A DNA stretch of 64,000 bases, taken from assembly GCA_002937505.1 (NCBI GenBank), contig PTJY01000001.1, positions 472,986-536,985 of the forward strand, in the 5' to 3' direction. The notes below the pieces were generated by a model that saw nothing but the letters and a program-made list of their open reading frames with translations, had not been told where the DNA came from and searched no databases. Position numbers and translations under genes: made by a program. Each line of letters begins with the position of its first letter. Position 1 is the stretch's first letter. Origin of the DNA: Alphaproteobacteria bacterium MarineAlpha12_Bin1 (lineage in GTDB: Bacteria; Pseudomonadota; Alphaproteobacteria; UBA6615). Shown here one piece after another: positions 30,753 to 41,184 of this stretch.

Positions 30753-32141
30753 CTAAAATCCAAATCGATCACAAATTAAAGAATAAACACACCTCATAGC
30801 CTGCGCTTCCCCTCCCTCGGGTCTGCCAGGCTTGGCACTCGTATTCCAAGCCATAATATCAAAATGAGCCCAGGGTATATCATCATCGACAAACTCCTTG
30901 AGAAATAAAGCTGCCGTAATTCCTCCCCCAAATGGACCCTCACTTGCACTAGATAAATCTGCTACATTGCTATCCAACATTTTCCTATACGGCTGATAAA
31001 GGGGAAGACGCCAAACCGGGTCGGAAGTGATCTTAGAGTGTTTTTCAATGTCTTTCGCTAATTGATCATTATTGCTGTATAAAGCAGCAAGCTCTATTCC
31101 AACAGCCACACGAGATGCTCCAGTTAAAGTAGCATAATCAATTAATAAATCCGGTTTTTCACGAGAAGCCTCTGCCAAACAATCGCCCAATACCAACCGC
31201 CCTTCTGCATCAGTATTAGCGTTTTCTACTGTAATCCCTTTGCGCGTGGGTAGAACATCTAAGGGCCTATAAGAATTCCCTGATACCGCATTCTCAACAG
31301 CCCCTATCAAGATGCGCAAACGTATTGGCAAGTTTGCAGACATGATCATAGACCCCAAGCCCAATACATGAGCAGCTCCTCCCATGTCTTTTTTCATACG
31401 CAGCATCCCTGCAGCTGATTTAATATCTAAACCACCGGTATCAAAACAAACACCTTTACCAACAAGCGTTACTCGTGGACCAACTTTCCCCCAGCGCATA
31501 TCAATTAGCCTTGGCTTATCATCTGATGCACGTCCAACAGTATGAATCATTGGATAATTTTCTTTTAAAAGAGAATCGCCAACGATTACCCGGGTCCTAG
31601 CTGTGTAATTTTTCCCTATTGAACGAGCAAATAAAGCTAACTCAGAAGGCCCCATGTCTTCGGCTGGAGTGTTGATTAAATCTCGCACAATTTTTATAGC
31701 GTCAAGCGTAGCGACAATCTGCTTTTTATCACTTCTTTTAGGCCAAATTAGTTTTGGTCTATTTAAGCGAGCCTTTCTATACTTAGTAAATTCATAATTA
31801 GCTAACCCCCAGCCCAGAGCAATATCATTTGACGTATGCTTATCTACGGAGCTTTCAATATGATAATTTTCACTAGGCAAATTACTCGCCAATAGGCTCC
31901 ATGACCAAACTTCACTATTTTTTCCACCAATAAAAACAACCCTCTGAATACCACCACCCACATCAGGCAGTAGGGAAAAAGAGTTTATCTTACCTTTAAA
32001 GCCGCTTTCTGAGAGCCATTTACGATGAAAAGGTCCTAGCTTTCTATGCCAATCTGGTAGTTTCTCTTCAGAAACAATGGTTATCGGTATTGTTCTTTTT
32101 TTTGATCGAAGAACGAGATTATGGGGCAATTTTTTCCTCAT
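30753..32141 (-). CDS. M17 leucyl aminopeptidase (PepB-like)
   Basis: GKGVCFDTGG, MKKDMGGAA, NTDAEGRL, ATLTGA. Confidence 0.94.
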   Translation of the reverse strand: MRKKLPHNLVLRSKKRTIPITIVSEEKLPDWHRKLGPFHRKWLSESGFKGKINSFSLLPDVGGGIQRVVFIGGKNSEVWSWSLLASNLPSENYHIESSVDKHTSNDIALGWGLANYEFTKYRKARLNRPKLIWPKRSDKKQIVATLDAIKIVRDLINTPAEDMGPSELALFARSIGKNYTARTRVIVGDSLLKENYPMIHTVGRASDDKPRLIDMRWGKVGPRVTLVGKGVCFDTGGLDIKSAAGMLRMKKDMGGAAHVLGLGSMIMSANLPIRLRILIGAVENAVSGNSYRPLDVLPTRKGITVENANTDAEGRLVLGDCLAEASREKPDLLIDYATLTGASRVAVGIELAALYSNNDQLAKDIEKHSKITSDPVWRLPLYQPYRKMLDSNVADLSSASEGPFGGGITAALFLKEFVDDDIPWAHFDIMAWNTSAKPGRPEGGEAQAMRCVYSLICDRFGF

Positions 32142-32383
32142 TACTTATTTATCAGAAATCGACCTTTTTGATAGATCTAAGAAGGTTATTAAGAGCTTAC
32201 TATCGAAAATGACATCACACATAAATTTATATTTTAAGGCACTATTAAGCTAATTGTACGCAACTTTATAAAAAGATTCTATAATGTTCGATTGACCACA
32301 GCCATAGCAACTCATAGGCTGCTGATCCAAATATATATATATAATCGAATTTAAAACACATTATTTTTAGGAGACTTTTTCCG

Positions 32384-33022
32384 ATGATCGACTTTTATAC
32401 CTGGTTTACACCAAATGGACGTAAAGTGGCTCTTATGTTGGAAGAAACTGGATTGGACTATAAAACAATTTCAATTAATATAGGTAAAGACGAACAATTT
32501 AATCCAGATTTCCTTAAGATTAGCCCTAATAATAAAATTCCAGCCATTGTCGATCATGAAAACAGTGGCTATCCCCTATTTGAAACTGGAGCTATACTTC
32601 TTTATTTAGCAGAAAAAACCGGACAGTTTTTAAATACAACTGATCGTGATGCCTACTGGCGAACTATGGAGTGGTTAATGTGGCAAATGGGAGGGCTGGG
32701 CCCCATGCTTGGCCAAGTTCATCATTTTACGCATTATAACCCAGGCAAGGCTCAATATGCTCAAGATCGATATCAAAAAGAAGCTAGAAGACTGTATGGG
32801 GTTTTGGATAAACGCCTTGATGGACGAGAGTTCATTGTAGATGAATACTCAATTGCTGATATGGCTGTTTGGCCCTGGGCAGCAAGACATAACTGGCAGG
32901 AAATTGATCTTAATGAGTTTGCAAATGTCAGACGCTGGTATATGTCTATTCTAGAGCGCCCCGCAACTAAGCTTGCCTGGAATATTCCTGAGAACGACCA
33001 ACCCCTTCCGGTGCCAGATTGA
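32384..33022 (+). CDS. GST-family disulfide-bond oxidoreductase (YfcG-like)
   Basis: TPNG.KV, SPNNKIPAI, WQMGGLGPM.GQ. Confidence 0.9.
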   Translation: MIDFYTWFTPNGRKVALMLEETGLDYKTISINIGKDEQFNPDFLKISPNNKIPAIVDHENSGYPLFETGAILLYLAEKTGQFLNTTDRDAYWRTMEWLMWQMGGLGPMLGQVHHFTHYNPGKAQYAQDRYQKEARRLYGVLDKRLDGREFIVDEYSIADMAVWPWAARHNWQEIDLNEFANVRRWYMSILERPATKLAWNIPENDQPLPVPD

Positions 33023-33023
33023 C

Positions 33024-33500
33024 CTATTTACCGTCGACTGCTTCTTTTTTAATTTTAAGCTGAGCGCTGGTGTTTTCTTCTTCTATTTGGTTGATTTCTC
33101 CATGTAGACCGCCACCGGTATCAACTTCTATTCGTCCGTAGGTTATTTTTCCTGAGGCCGAGCCAGTACTATGGACTCTTAACAAACCAGTCACAGTCAA
33201 AACACCTTCAACAGTGCCTTGAATATCCGCTGTCTCAACACGAGCCTCACCTTTAAAAACTCCTCGCTGTAGCACTTCCAGACTCTCGGCATCAAGAGTG
33301 GCCTCAACATTGCCCTCGACAACCAATATGGCACAATTGCTAATCTCACCTTTTAGATCGATACCAGGCCCAACAGACATCCTGTTTCCCTGCGAAATTG
33401 TCTGAGAGAGACTTTCGCCATCCCTTCGCATCGGAGGTATCTCGGGCAAGTGCCGAGCAGCAAGTGGTATACTCCTTTTATCGCTGTCACTAGTGGACAT
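33024..33500 (-). CDS. Bactofilin (polymer-forming cytoskeletal protein)
   Basis: Beta-helix repeats VG.GI.LKGEI..C..LVVEG.VE, ADIQGTVEG.L.V, G.I.YG.IEV..GG. Confidence 0.88.
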   Translation of the reverse strand: MSTSDSDKRSIPLAARHLPEIPPMRRDGESLSQTISQGNRMSVGPGIDLKGEISNCAILVVEGNVEATLDAESLEVLQRGVFKGEARVETADIQGTVEGVLTVTGLLRVHSTGSASGKITYGRIEVDTGGGLHGEINQIEEENTSAQLKIKKEAVDGK

Positions 33501-33742
33501 CTTTATTTCAACTCCTAATGTATCCGGCAATTTTGCCTTCTGTTTAATATAGCTCTTAACTTAGGATAGAAAACAGGTCACATGGTATATGGCTAAAACT
33601 AAAATTCCATCAATTACATTCAGTACTGTATCTAATCTATTACCCTACTTAAAAGGAAAACGGTATAAGAAAATTCTATTTGTCTATCTATTTTAGATCA
33701 CTATGTACAGAGATTAGTATAGTATTCATTTTAAGAACTTCT

Positions 33743-34756
33743 TTAAAGACGATAAATTTGAGCTGCTGTATCATGGAATAAAAATGATTTTTCAGACTCA
33801 GAATAATCTTTTGTAAGCCGCTTAAAAGAATTCCAAAGCACCGAATAGCTACAGCTAAGTTTGTCAACTGGAAAGTTTGATTCAAAGAGGCATCTCTCCA
33901 CTCCGAATTTTTCTATAATAAATTCATACCAGGGGCGGGTTTTGGATAGCAGCTCTAGACTAGTTGGAGGCATAGACCTCTTGTGCCAATCAAAACCGTT
34001 TATTTCCATATGCATGCCTCCTAGTTTAGAAAACACATTAGGGCATGTTGCTAAATCTGCTATGTCTGATTTCCAAGTCCTAAAAACTTCTTCACCCTTG
34101 TTTTTATAAGGACCAACCCCTAATGGTCCTCCAAGGTGATTTAAAATTATAACCGTGTCGGGAAATAAGCGTGCCAACTCAATAAGCTCAGAAATCTGCG
34201 GATGATAAAGCCAAGCTTCATAGCTTAGATTAAACTTTTTTAAATTTGAGAAACCCTCCCGGTATAGATCACTTTGCAACAGATTTGGAGGTCTTTTACC
34301 TCTTATAACAGGCACATCGTCGCTGGAATCCCATGGCACGCTATGACGAATTCCTTTAAATCGATCGCCTGCTGCTAATATGTGTTCCTCTAGTACTTTT
34401 TTTACTCGATCACCCAACAACAAATCAGCATGTCCAATTATGCCAGAAGCTACTTTTACGGGATCACCATTATTTGATGAGTTTTCGGAAACCAAGTTAT
34501 TAACGTACTCGGTCTCACCAACTGGGCTTAATTCCTTTGGACCACTATTTCTATACATGGCCCCGCACTCAATAAATACAGTTGATACGATATTATGACC
34601 GCAGTTTAGATCTGCCAACAACTCTTCTAATAAGTAACGAGGTTCAGTTTGATCCGTACGAAAGTCCCATAGGTGATGATGGGGGTCACAAATAGGCAGC
34701 TTGGGATCAAGTGCGTCTTCTTGGACAAGTGATAACCAGTTATCATTTGTGCCCAT
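33743..34756 (-). CDS. Amidohydrolase (COG3618, LigI/lactonase-like)
   Basis: DPHHHLW, GIRH, LNHLGGP, KLGG, FESNFPVD. Confidence 0.87.
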   Translation of the reverse strand: MGTNDNWLSLVQEDALDPKLPICDPHHHLWDFRTDQTEPRYLLEELLADLNCGHNIVSTVFIECGAMYRNSGPKELSPVGETEYVNNLVSENSSNNGDPVKVASGIIGHADLLLGDRVKKVLEEHILAAGDRFKGIRHSVPWDSSDDVPVIRGKRPPNLLQSDLYREGFSNLKKFNLSYEAWLYHPQISELIELARLFPDTVIILNHLGGPLGVGPYKNKGEEVFRTWKSDIADLATCPNVFSKLGGMHMEINGFDWHKRSMPPTSLELLSKTRPWYEFIIEKFGVERCLFESNFPVDKLSCSYSVLWNSFKRLTKDYSESEKSFLFHDTAAQIYRL

Positions 34757-34814
34757 TTACTTAGACGCTTGCTCAATAATTCTAACAAATTCGTTTTTTG
34801 CCATAAAATTTGTT

Positions 34815-35147
34815 TTATTTATACTCGATCTCTAGAGCGATAATGTCTTCCTTCCCAACATTAATCGCATTATGTTCAAACCCCTGACCAACGTCATAAA
34901 AATTAGCTTTTCCTGATTCTGATTTGATAAAGCCCTTAGCCCCATTTGCATCCTCATGAATTAATTCACCTGCCTGTATATGAAACGCAGCATAATTTTT
35001 TTCATGTCGATGCCAACCTGTACACTCCCCAGGTTTTATGTGATGAAAGGTAATACATGTTGTTTTATTATCGAGTATTACTTCATAGTGACTTTGTTTA
35101 GCATCTGTCTGATTCTTCTCAGTAACCGATAAATTTTTATTAGACAT
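34815..35147 (-). CDS. Small cupin-domain protein
   Basis: PG..TGWHRH motif 1 and EHNAIN motif 2. Confidence 0.8.
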   Translation of the reverse strand: MSNKNLSVTEKNQTDAKQSHYEVILDNKTTCITFHHIKPGECTGWHRHEKNYAAFHIQAGELIHEDANGAKGFIKSESGKANFYDVGQGFEHNAINVGKEDIIALEIEYK

Positions 35148-35233
35148 TTTTTAATCTCTTCTAATCGTCCATTTTATTAAGCGCCAATAAAAAAACTAAA
35201 ACAACCTCTAGCCGCTAAATCAATAATAATTTT

Positions 35234-36469
35234 CTACTCTGCTGCAAGAGAGTAGTCTGGTGTTTCAAGCTCAGGAACCACTTTTTCCATAAATAACCTC
35301 ATTTCTTCCAACAATTCATCTTTAGGATGTTGAGCCCAATGCCAAATCAGAGTGATATACTCACAGGGTATTCTCGAATATATTTCCTTCCAATCATTAA
35401 TCGCATCATCAACTGTTCCACCCAGAAAAAATTTAGTCCTTTTCATCTCCGCAAAGGCTTTTTCAATATCCTGATTAACAGGATCAACATTATGGTTACC
35501 AAACACACTGTAAAAGTTCTTAAAAATATCGAGGTCATATTCTCTAATATTTCTATCAAAATCGTCAGCTGATTTGGCTATTCTGGTATGACGAACAAGA
35601 TTTTGATTTTGGCCATATAATAGATTGCGGCCATATTTAGCAGACTCCTCTACATATACTTTAGCTAACTCAACGACGCTATCGGTAGGATTAAAGTAGC
35701 TAGGTCGAAAACCATGTTTTGCTGCAAACTCGATGGTAGCACGACTTCGGGCAACAGCAACGAAACAAGGAGGGTGAGGATTCTGATACGGCTTGGGCAC
35801 TACAGATATACGACGAAGAACTCCATTATCATCCACCTCCCCTTCAGCGCCGGCTTCCTTTGCTATTAAATGGCCTTCATAGCCTTCAATACCTGTTTTA
35901 AGAGGATATGGAGCCTCATAATATTTACCTTTCAATTCAACAGAATCTTTTGTCCAGCAATCAAGTACCATTTCTACCCGTTCTTCAAAGATTTCTCTAT
36001 TCCTCAAATCTCCTGAACTGCCATCTGATCCTGTTGCTACGGCCTCGCTGCTTTGTCCAAGTATGTTAGTCCATCGAGACTGATAGCCTCGGGCAAAACC
36101 AACAAAATACTTTCCATTGGTTAGGTGATCTATAATAGCCGTTTCTTCAGCAACACGAATCGGATCTTGGGTTGCCATAACATAACCAAAGGCCCCAACA
36201 TTTACATTTTTTGTATGCGCCGCCCAATATGCATTTAACACCCCAGGATTAGGTCCTACTTCATAACCTTCAGAATGTAGGTGGTGCTCAATTGTGGACA
36301 TTCCCCACACACCCATCTCATCAGCAGCTTTTACTATGTCTGTCCATTCATGAACTATTTTATTATATAAATCTGAGTCACGACCTATAGGTCGTTTTTC
36401 CCGACGATCTTCTTCATTCTCTGAGGGAATTACTGGATATAGCTGAACGATAACTTTAGGCGATCCCAT
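35234..36469 (-). CDS. Luciferase-like (LLM class) flavin-dependent monooxygenase, paralog 2
   Basis: EHHLHSEG, RVAEETAIIDHLT, VGFARGYQSRW, PKPYQNPHPP. Confidence 0.88.
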   Translation of the reverse strand: MGSPKVIVQLYPVIPSENEEDRREKRPIGRDSDLYNKIVHEWTDIVKAADEMGVWGMSTIEHHLHSEGYEVGPNPGVLNAYWAAHTKNVNVGAFGYVMATQDPIRVAEETAIIDHLTNGKYFVGFARGYQSRWTNILGQSSEAVATGSDGSSGDLRNREIFEERVEMVLDCWTKDSVELKGKYYEAPYPLKTGIEGYEGHLIAKEAGAEGEVDDNGVLRRISVVPKPYQNPHPPCFVAVARSRATIEFAAKHGFRPSYFNPTDSVVELAKVYVEESAKYGRNLLYGQNQNLVRHTRIAKSADDFDRNIREYDLDIFKNFYSVFGNHNVDPVNQDIEKAFAEMKRTKFFLGGTVDDAINDWKEIYSRIPCEYITLIWHWAQHPKDELLEEMRLFMEKVVPELETPDYSLAAE

Positions 36470-36606
36470 ATCAAAACCTTTAGTTTAATTGTTAGTTAAA
36501 GTTATTAAACACCAAGTTAGCAGAATTCATATACTAAAATATGATAATTATATTCTATAACCTTAATAAAATAATTTAATATACAACACATAAAAGGCTT
36601 TTCACC

Positions 36607-37365
36607 ATGGATCTAAAACTTAAAGACCGTATATGTCTCGTAACAGGGTCTAGTGTGGGCATAGGAAAAGGAATTGTAAAAGCGCTAGCACGTGAGGGAG
36701 CAACAACCATTGCTGTTGCACGTAGAACTAACCTACTTCAAGATCTTGCAAATGAGGTAGAGGAAATGGGAGCTATAACAACACATCTAATTACAGAGGA
36801 TCTATCCTCTAAAGAAGGACCTGAGAATGTAGCTAAAAAAGCTATAGAAGAGTTTGGTCAAATTGACGTACTGATTAATAATGCGGGCCAATCAGTCTCA
36901 GCAAATTGGGATTCTCATGATAACCTTTGGACCCAATCATTTGACCTAAATTTTCATGCCGCAAGACGCCTGACAACTCCTCTAATACCTATGATGAAAA
37001 AAAACAAGTGGGGTCGAATTATAAATATAACTGGAGGCATGGAGGCAAGCGGCCTAAACGCAGCTTCAACCGGAAAAGCAGCAACACACATGTGGTCAAA
37101 GGGGTTATCTCGTGAGTTGGGGCCCGATGGAATTACAGTAAATTGTGTTGCGCCTGGCCGTATAAATAGCGAACAAATTTTAGAAAGGTTGCATCCAGAC
37201 TCCGTCGAACGCAGTGAATTTATTAAACGCGAAATTCCAAACGGCTATTTTGGAGAACCTGAAGATCTAGCTGTATTAGTAGCCTTTCTTGCCTCTCCCA
37301 TAGCAAGATATATTAACGGAGAAGTAATTCGTGTAGATGGCGGAATGGCAAAGTTTGCTCACTAA
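36607..37365 (+). CDS. SDR-family oxidoreductase (atypical active site)
   Basis: TGSSVGIG, NNAG, GRIIN, TVNCVAPG, VDGG. Confidence 0.9.
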   Translation: MDLKLKDRICLVTGSSVGIGKGIVKALAREGATTIAVARRTNLLQDLANEVEEMGAITTHLITEDLSSKEGPENVAKKAIEEFGQIDVLINNAGQSVSANWDSHDNLWTQSFDLNFHAARRLTTPLIPMMKKNKWGRIINITGGMEASGLNAASTGKAATHMWSKGLSRELGPDGITVNCVAPGRINSEQILERLHPDSVERSEFIKREIPNGYFGEPEDLAVLVAFLASPIARYINGEVIRVDGGMAKFAH

Positions 37366-37446
37366 GGCCAGGAAAACCCTTGAAGTATTGGACTTATTTT
37401 CTAACGGAAATATAAGGCTATTTAAGGCAAGTCTATGTAAAAAAAT

Positions 37447-38709
37447 TTATGAATTAACCACTCCACGTTTTTTGGCCCAGATAAACAAACATATTATTGC
37501 AAAAAATAATACAGCAGCACTTAAAGCCAATGAAAGGTGTATGCCAATCAGACCGCCACCAAAGCCAACAGTAAAACCGCTAAAAGTACGCCCCCCCAAA
37601 CTACCCACATTGAATAGTCCTATGGCTCTACCTCTTAATTCTGTTGGTGCATTGAGCTGCGCAAGAGTCCGTGTCATTGAATTGAAAGACAAATCAAAAA
37701 AACCAGCACAAACTAATAGAAGAAATGACAAAATATAGTAGGGTGACAAAGCAAAACCAAAAATAGCCACTGCCCACAGCATCCCAAGTATAAAAGATGT
37801 TCTGGTTTTAGCCGGTAACATGCTTCTTCCCTCTAGAACAATACCAGCGATTAAAGCGCCTGCTGCATTCGCTCCGAGCAGTAAACTATAATATAAACCT
37901 TCTCCACCATAACCGAGATCTCTAGCGAACTCTGGTATTTGTGGCTGATGAGCATTCCCTACAATAGCAGCAGCAAGTCCGGCCAAAACAGACATAGAAA
38001 ACACGATTGGTATACTCGAAATTTGACGGAGGGTTTCGATTAAATCCCTCCAACTCGACATAGCCGCTGCAGGTCGGCGAGCGTCCAAACTTGAAGGTTT
38101 TGGGTTGTGTATTAACCACAAAGTCAAAGGCATATAGATAAGAATATTAATAAATATGCCTAAGGTTGGGCCAACAAAAAATAGTAAAACACCTCCTACA
38201 GCCGGCCCCAAAAGAAGTCCAAGAGTTATGGAAGTAGCCATCAAGCGAATGGCACTTTGCAACTGTTTTTGACCCACAATATTGTGTACTAGCACCTGTC
38301 CAGCAGGCGCCCAAAGAACGCCAGCCATACCATGGACAATTAATAATATTACGGCGTGCCACTTCTCAAGACTGTCAGTAGCTAGTAAAACACCCCATCC
38401 CAAGGAAACAATCATAAATAGAACCATTGCTGCCTGAATAACCCGCCTAGGATCAAAACGATCAGCTAGCGCTCCAGCCCAAAAAGAGCAAAGGATAAAG
38501 GGTACCCAGTGTGAAACAACTGCAAAACCCGCTAGTGATGGAGATTGAAATTTTTCAAAAATTATCCAATAGCTTATTACATGCTCAACACTATCAGCCA
38601 TCATGGCTAAAGCAGCGCCCAAAAGGTAATTGCGAGAAGCAGGATATCTTAAAGCCGCATAGGACATTTGCTCTCCATGGGCCTTCACTTTGGAGTTAGT
38701 TTCGTTCAT
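37447..38709 (-). CDS. MFS transporter
   Basis: About 12 TM helices, motif A GALADRFDPRR, P.ELRGR. Confidence 0.9.
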   Translation of the reverse strand: MNETNSKVKAHGEQMSYAALRYPASRNYLLGAALAMMADSVEHVISYWIIFEKFQSPSLAGFAVVSHWVPFILCSFWAGALADRFDPRRVIQAAMVLFMIVSLGWGVLLATDSLEKWHAVILLIVHGMAGVLWAPAGQVLVHNIVGQKQLQSAIRLMATSITLGLLLGPAVGGVLLFFVGPTLGIFINILIYMPLTLWLIHNPKPSSLDARRPAAAMSSWRDLIETLRQISSIPIVFSMSVLAGLAAAIVGNAHQPQIPEFARDLGYGGEGLYYSLLLGANAAGALIAGIVLEGRSMLPAKTRTSFILGMLWAVAIFGFALSPYYILSFLLLVCAGFFDLSFNSMTRTLAQLNAPTELRGRAIGLFNVGSLGGRTFSGFTVGFGGGLIGIHLSLALSAAVLFFAIICLFIWAKKRGVVNS

Positions 38710-38855
38710 ATTTTGATAAACTATTCTGTTTCTGCCAAAACAAAATTATTAGATAAATAAAAAACGCGCTATTCACAAAGCTTTGAATACAAATTTAGTG
38801 CGACACGCAAGACGATTTATTCTATCAATCAGTTTTAGATTATCTTCAAGTTTTC

Positions 38856-40241
38856 CTAACCAAATACCAACTTGGGTAGGTAGGTTACAATTCCAGGATA
38901 TGCATACATGCAAATAATCAAGGCAAGCATTAATATCCAGTAAGGGGTGGATCCCTTAAATATATCCATTAATGTCACATTTTCCCCGTCTCCCATATCT
39001 GGGATCGAAGCCTTAACAGTATAAACTAAAAGCCCGAATGGGGGTGTCAATATACCAGCTTCGATAGCTAATATACCTATTAAAGCGTAGGTTAGGGGAT
39101 CAATCCCAATAGTTGCCGCGATCGGAGCAAATATCGGAACAGTTAACAACATAATCGAAACTGAATCGATTATCATGCCCAAAATGAACCAAACTATTAC
39201 CATTACAAATATGACTTGCCATGGATCTAGACCGGCGTCTGAGAAAAAACCTTGAATAGCAGAAACAACCCCCGTCATAGTAAGGGTACGGGAATATAAC
39301 TGAGCCGCTATCAGCAGTATAAGAAGCGGAGCGGCCGTCCTTCCAACTGCTAGGATGCCTGCGTAAATATCAGGCCATCTCATCCCCTTTATTATTCCAA
39401 GTAATAGAGCTATCAGCGCTCCCATACCAGCGGCCTCAGTCGGAGTGAATAAACCTGCCCAAATTCCTCCCAATACAGTAACAATAAGTGCTAAGAGACC
39501 TAACCCACTTGTCCAAATGGAAGCTGAATTAATTTCACCATCGACTTCGTCAGGATTTAAGTTTACAGCAGATATCCCATCGTCATTAGTTCCTGCTTTC
39601 AAAGTATCAGCGGAGTGTCCAACTAACCGAGGGCTAAGAATTGCAGCGACTAAAATATAAACGGCGAAAAACGAAACTAGGATCAACCCAGGAAGAACTC
39701 CCGCTAGAAACAGCTTACCGATCGATTGTTCGGTAAGAATTCCCCAGACAATCATTAAGACACTTGGAGGAATTAGCATCCCTAAACAACCGCTGCCCGC
39801 AATCGAGCCTAAGGCAAAACTTCTGTTGTAGCCATGACGTTTCATTTCGGGATAGGCAATTCTTGTAAAAGTAGCTGCAGACGCAATACTTACCCCTGTA
39901 ACAAATGAAAAAACTGCGTTTCCAAACAGCGTTGCTAAAGCCAGACGGCCCGGTATCCTGCGAAAGGATCTTTGTAAACTCACATAAAGATCACTTGTAG
40001 CCCCAGACCTTCCTATAAACTCGCCCATTAACATAAATAGCGGAATAACAGCAAAAATATAGTCCCGTATGGCATCATAGAAGGTGTTCTGAATTAGAGC
40101 TAAAACAACACTCTCTCGTCCTGTAACCATATAAATACCCACTGCGCTGGTAATACCCAAGGCAACGGCAACATGTATTCCTGAAAAAACGAGCACCAAA
40201 AGCAAAATCAAAACAACAGCAGCTACATCTGCAGAAAACAT
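38856..40241 (-). CDS. TRAP transporter large permease (DctM)
   Basis: IPLFMLMG, G.LGMLIPPS, FTPTEAA, LTPPFG. Confidence 0.94.
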   Translation of the reverse strand: MFSADVAAVVLILLLVLVFSGIHVAVALGITSAVGIYMVTGRESVVLALIQNTFYDAIRDYIFAVIPLFMLMGEFIGRSGATSDLYVSLQRSFRRIPGRLALATLFGNAVFSFVTGVSIASAATFTRIAYPEMKRHGYNRSFALGSIAGSGCLGMLIPPSVLMIVWGILTEQSIGKLFLAGVLPGLILVSFFAVYILVAAILSPRLVGHSADTLKAGTNDDGISAVNLNPDEVDGEINSASIWTSGLGLLALIVTVLGGIWAGLFTPTEAAGMGALIALLLGIIKGMRWPDIYAGILAVGRTAAPLLILLIAAQLYSRTLTMTGVVSAIQGFFSDAGLDPWQVIFVMVIVWFILGMIIDSVSIMLLTVPIFAPIAATIGIDPLTYALIGILAIEAGILTPPFGLLVYTVKASIPDMGDGENVTLMDIFKGSTPYWILMLALIICMYAYPGIVTYLPKLVFG

Positions 40242-40262
40242 TACAAACTCTCCCCCGTTAAC

Positions 40263-40802
40263 CTATTCATCTACCGATGATTGGTATTCTACCATACTTG
40301 ATGGCAAAACTTCTTTTAGCGCCAGAATTGCATAATTTACAACCAACAAGCCACTTGATAGCAATACAACAACCCGAGCAGGCCACGTTGGCACTCTCAA
40401 AGCACCCTCTCCCTCGAACTCGCCTGAAACAAGTGCGTGCCACGCAGGGTCAATTGTTCCTATAAACAGCGCGGCAAAGAATAGGGCACCAAGTATGTAT
40501 CCCGCGCAATTAATAACTTTCTCAGGAATTCCTCCAATCATATGAAGCATGAAATCAGCGCGAAGCATTGATCGGGACATAACGCAATACGCAGTTTGCA
40601 TAAAAGCAATCATTACAATTGCGTTTTTCACTAATTCATGTGTTCCTTTTAAAGGAAATCCAAAAAATCTGCCGACTACGTCTATTAAAATATAAAAGGC
40701 GATTAGAAAGGCCCACATGGCTGCAATCACCATAAGCCATCTGCTCAGCCTGGCAGACCATATATCGATCTGACGAATCACAGGAATGTTTATAATGGAC
40801 AA
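40263..40802 (-). CDS. TRAP transporter small permease (DctQ)
   Basis: 4 TM helices, DVVGR.F..P..G..E, P.WP; directly upstream of dctM. Confidence 0.88.
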   Translation of the reverse strand: MSIINIPVIRQIDIWSARLSRWLMVIAAMWAFLIAFYILIDVVGRFFGFPLKGTHELVKNAIVMIAFMQTAYCVMSRSMLRADFMLHMIGGIPEKVINCAGYILGALFFAALFIGTIDPAWHALVSGEFEGEGALRVPTWPARVVVLLSSGLLVVNYAILALKEVLPSSMVEYQSSVDE

Positions 40803-40881
40803 GAACTCATTTCCTTTTTAGTCTAATTTTATATCACGTTACGAAACACAAAGCTGTTTTATCCGCGAACCTATAGCATAT

Positions 40882-40901
40882 GACTGACTTGTAAGACAGT
40901 C
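40882..40901. promoter_or_regulatory. Candidate operator palindrome between dctQM and dctP
   Basis: GACTGACTT-GT-AAGACAGTC, 20-bp inverted repeat with one mismatch. Confidence 0.45.
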
Positions 40902-41184
40902 TAAAGGCCAGTTGCTTTCTGATTATTTTCTACATAATCTTTGGATCTGTGTTTTTGAAATAAGCAGTATAGAAACCACAAGCCGACTTGTCACGCCCCC
41001 ATAAGAAGGCTAACAATAATATTACGGCTTTTGTCAGTATTAAATTAAAAGCAAAGAATTCACTTATTTTAAAGTTTTGTTTAAAATAAAGTGGATTAAT
41101 TAAAATGTACTCTGTATCGTAACGCGGACACGGTATAGAAAAATAATAGAGACACCGTGGTCTCAATTAAGAGAGGAGAATAAA

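Noticed and set aside
33688..33885. 65-aa ORF overlapping the amidohydrolase 3' end, and the 78-aa ORF at 40930-41166
   Set aside because: No motifs, low-complexity AT-derived composition, overlap with a real gene or promoter region.
29292..36469. Bioluminescence luxAB
   Set aside because: No luxCDE or luxG; the genes are not adjacent and resemble generic LLM oxidoreductases.
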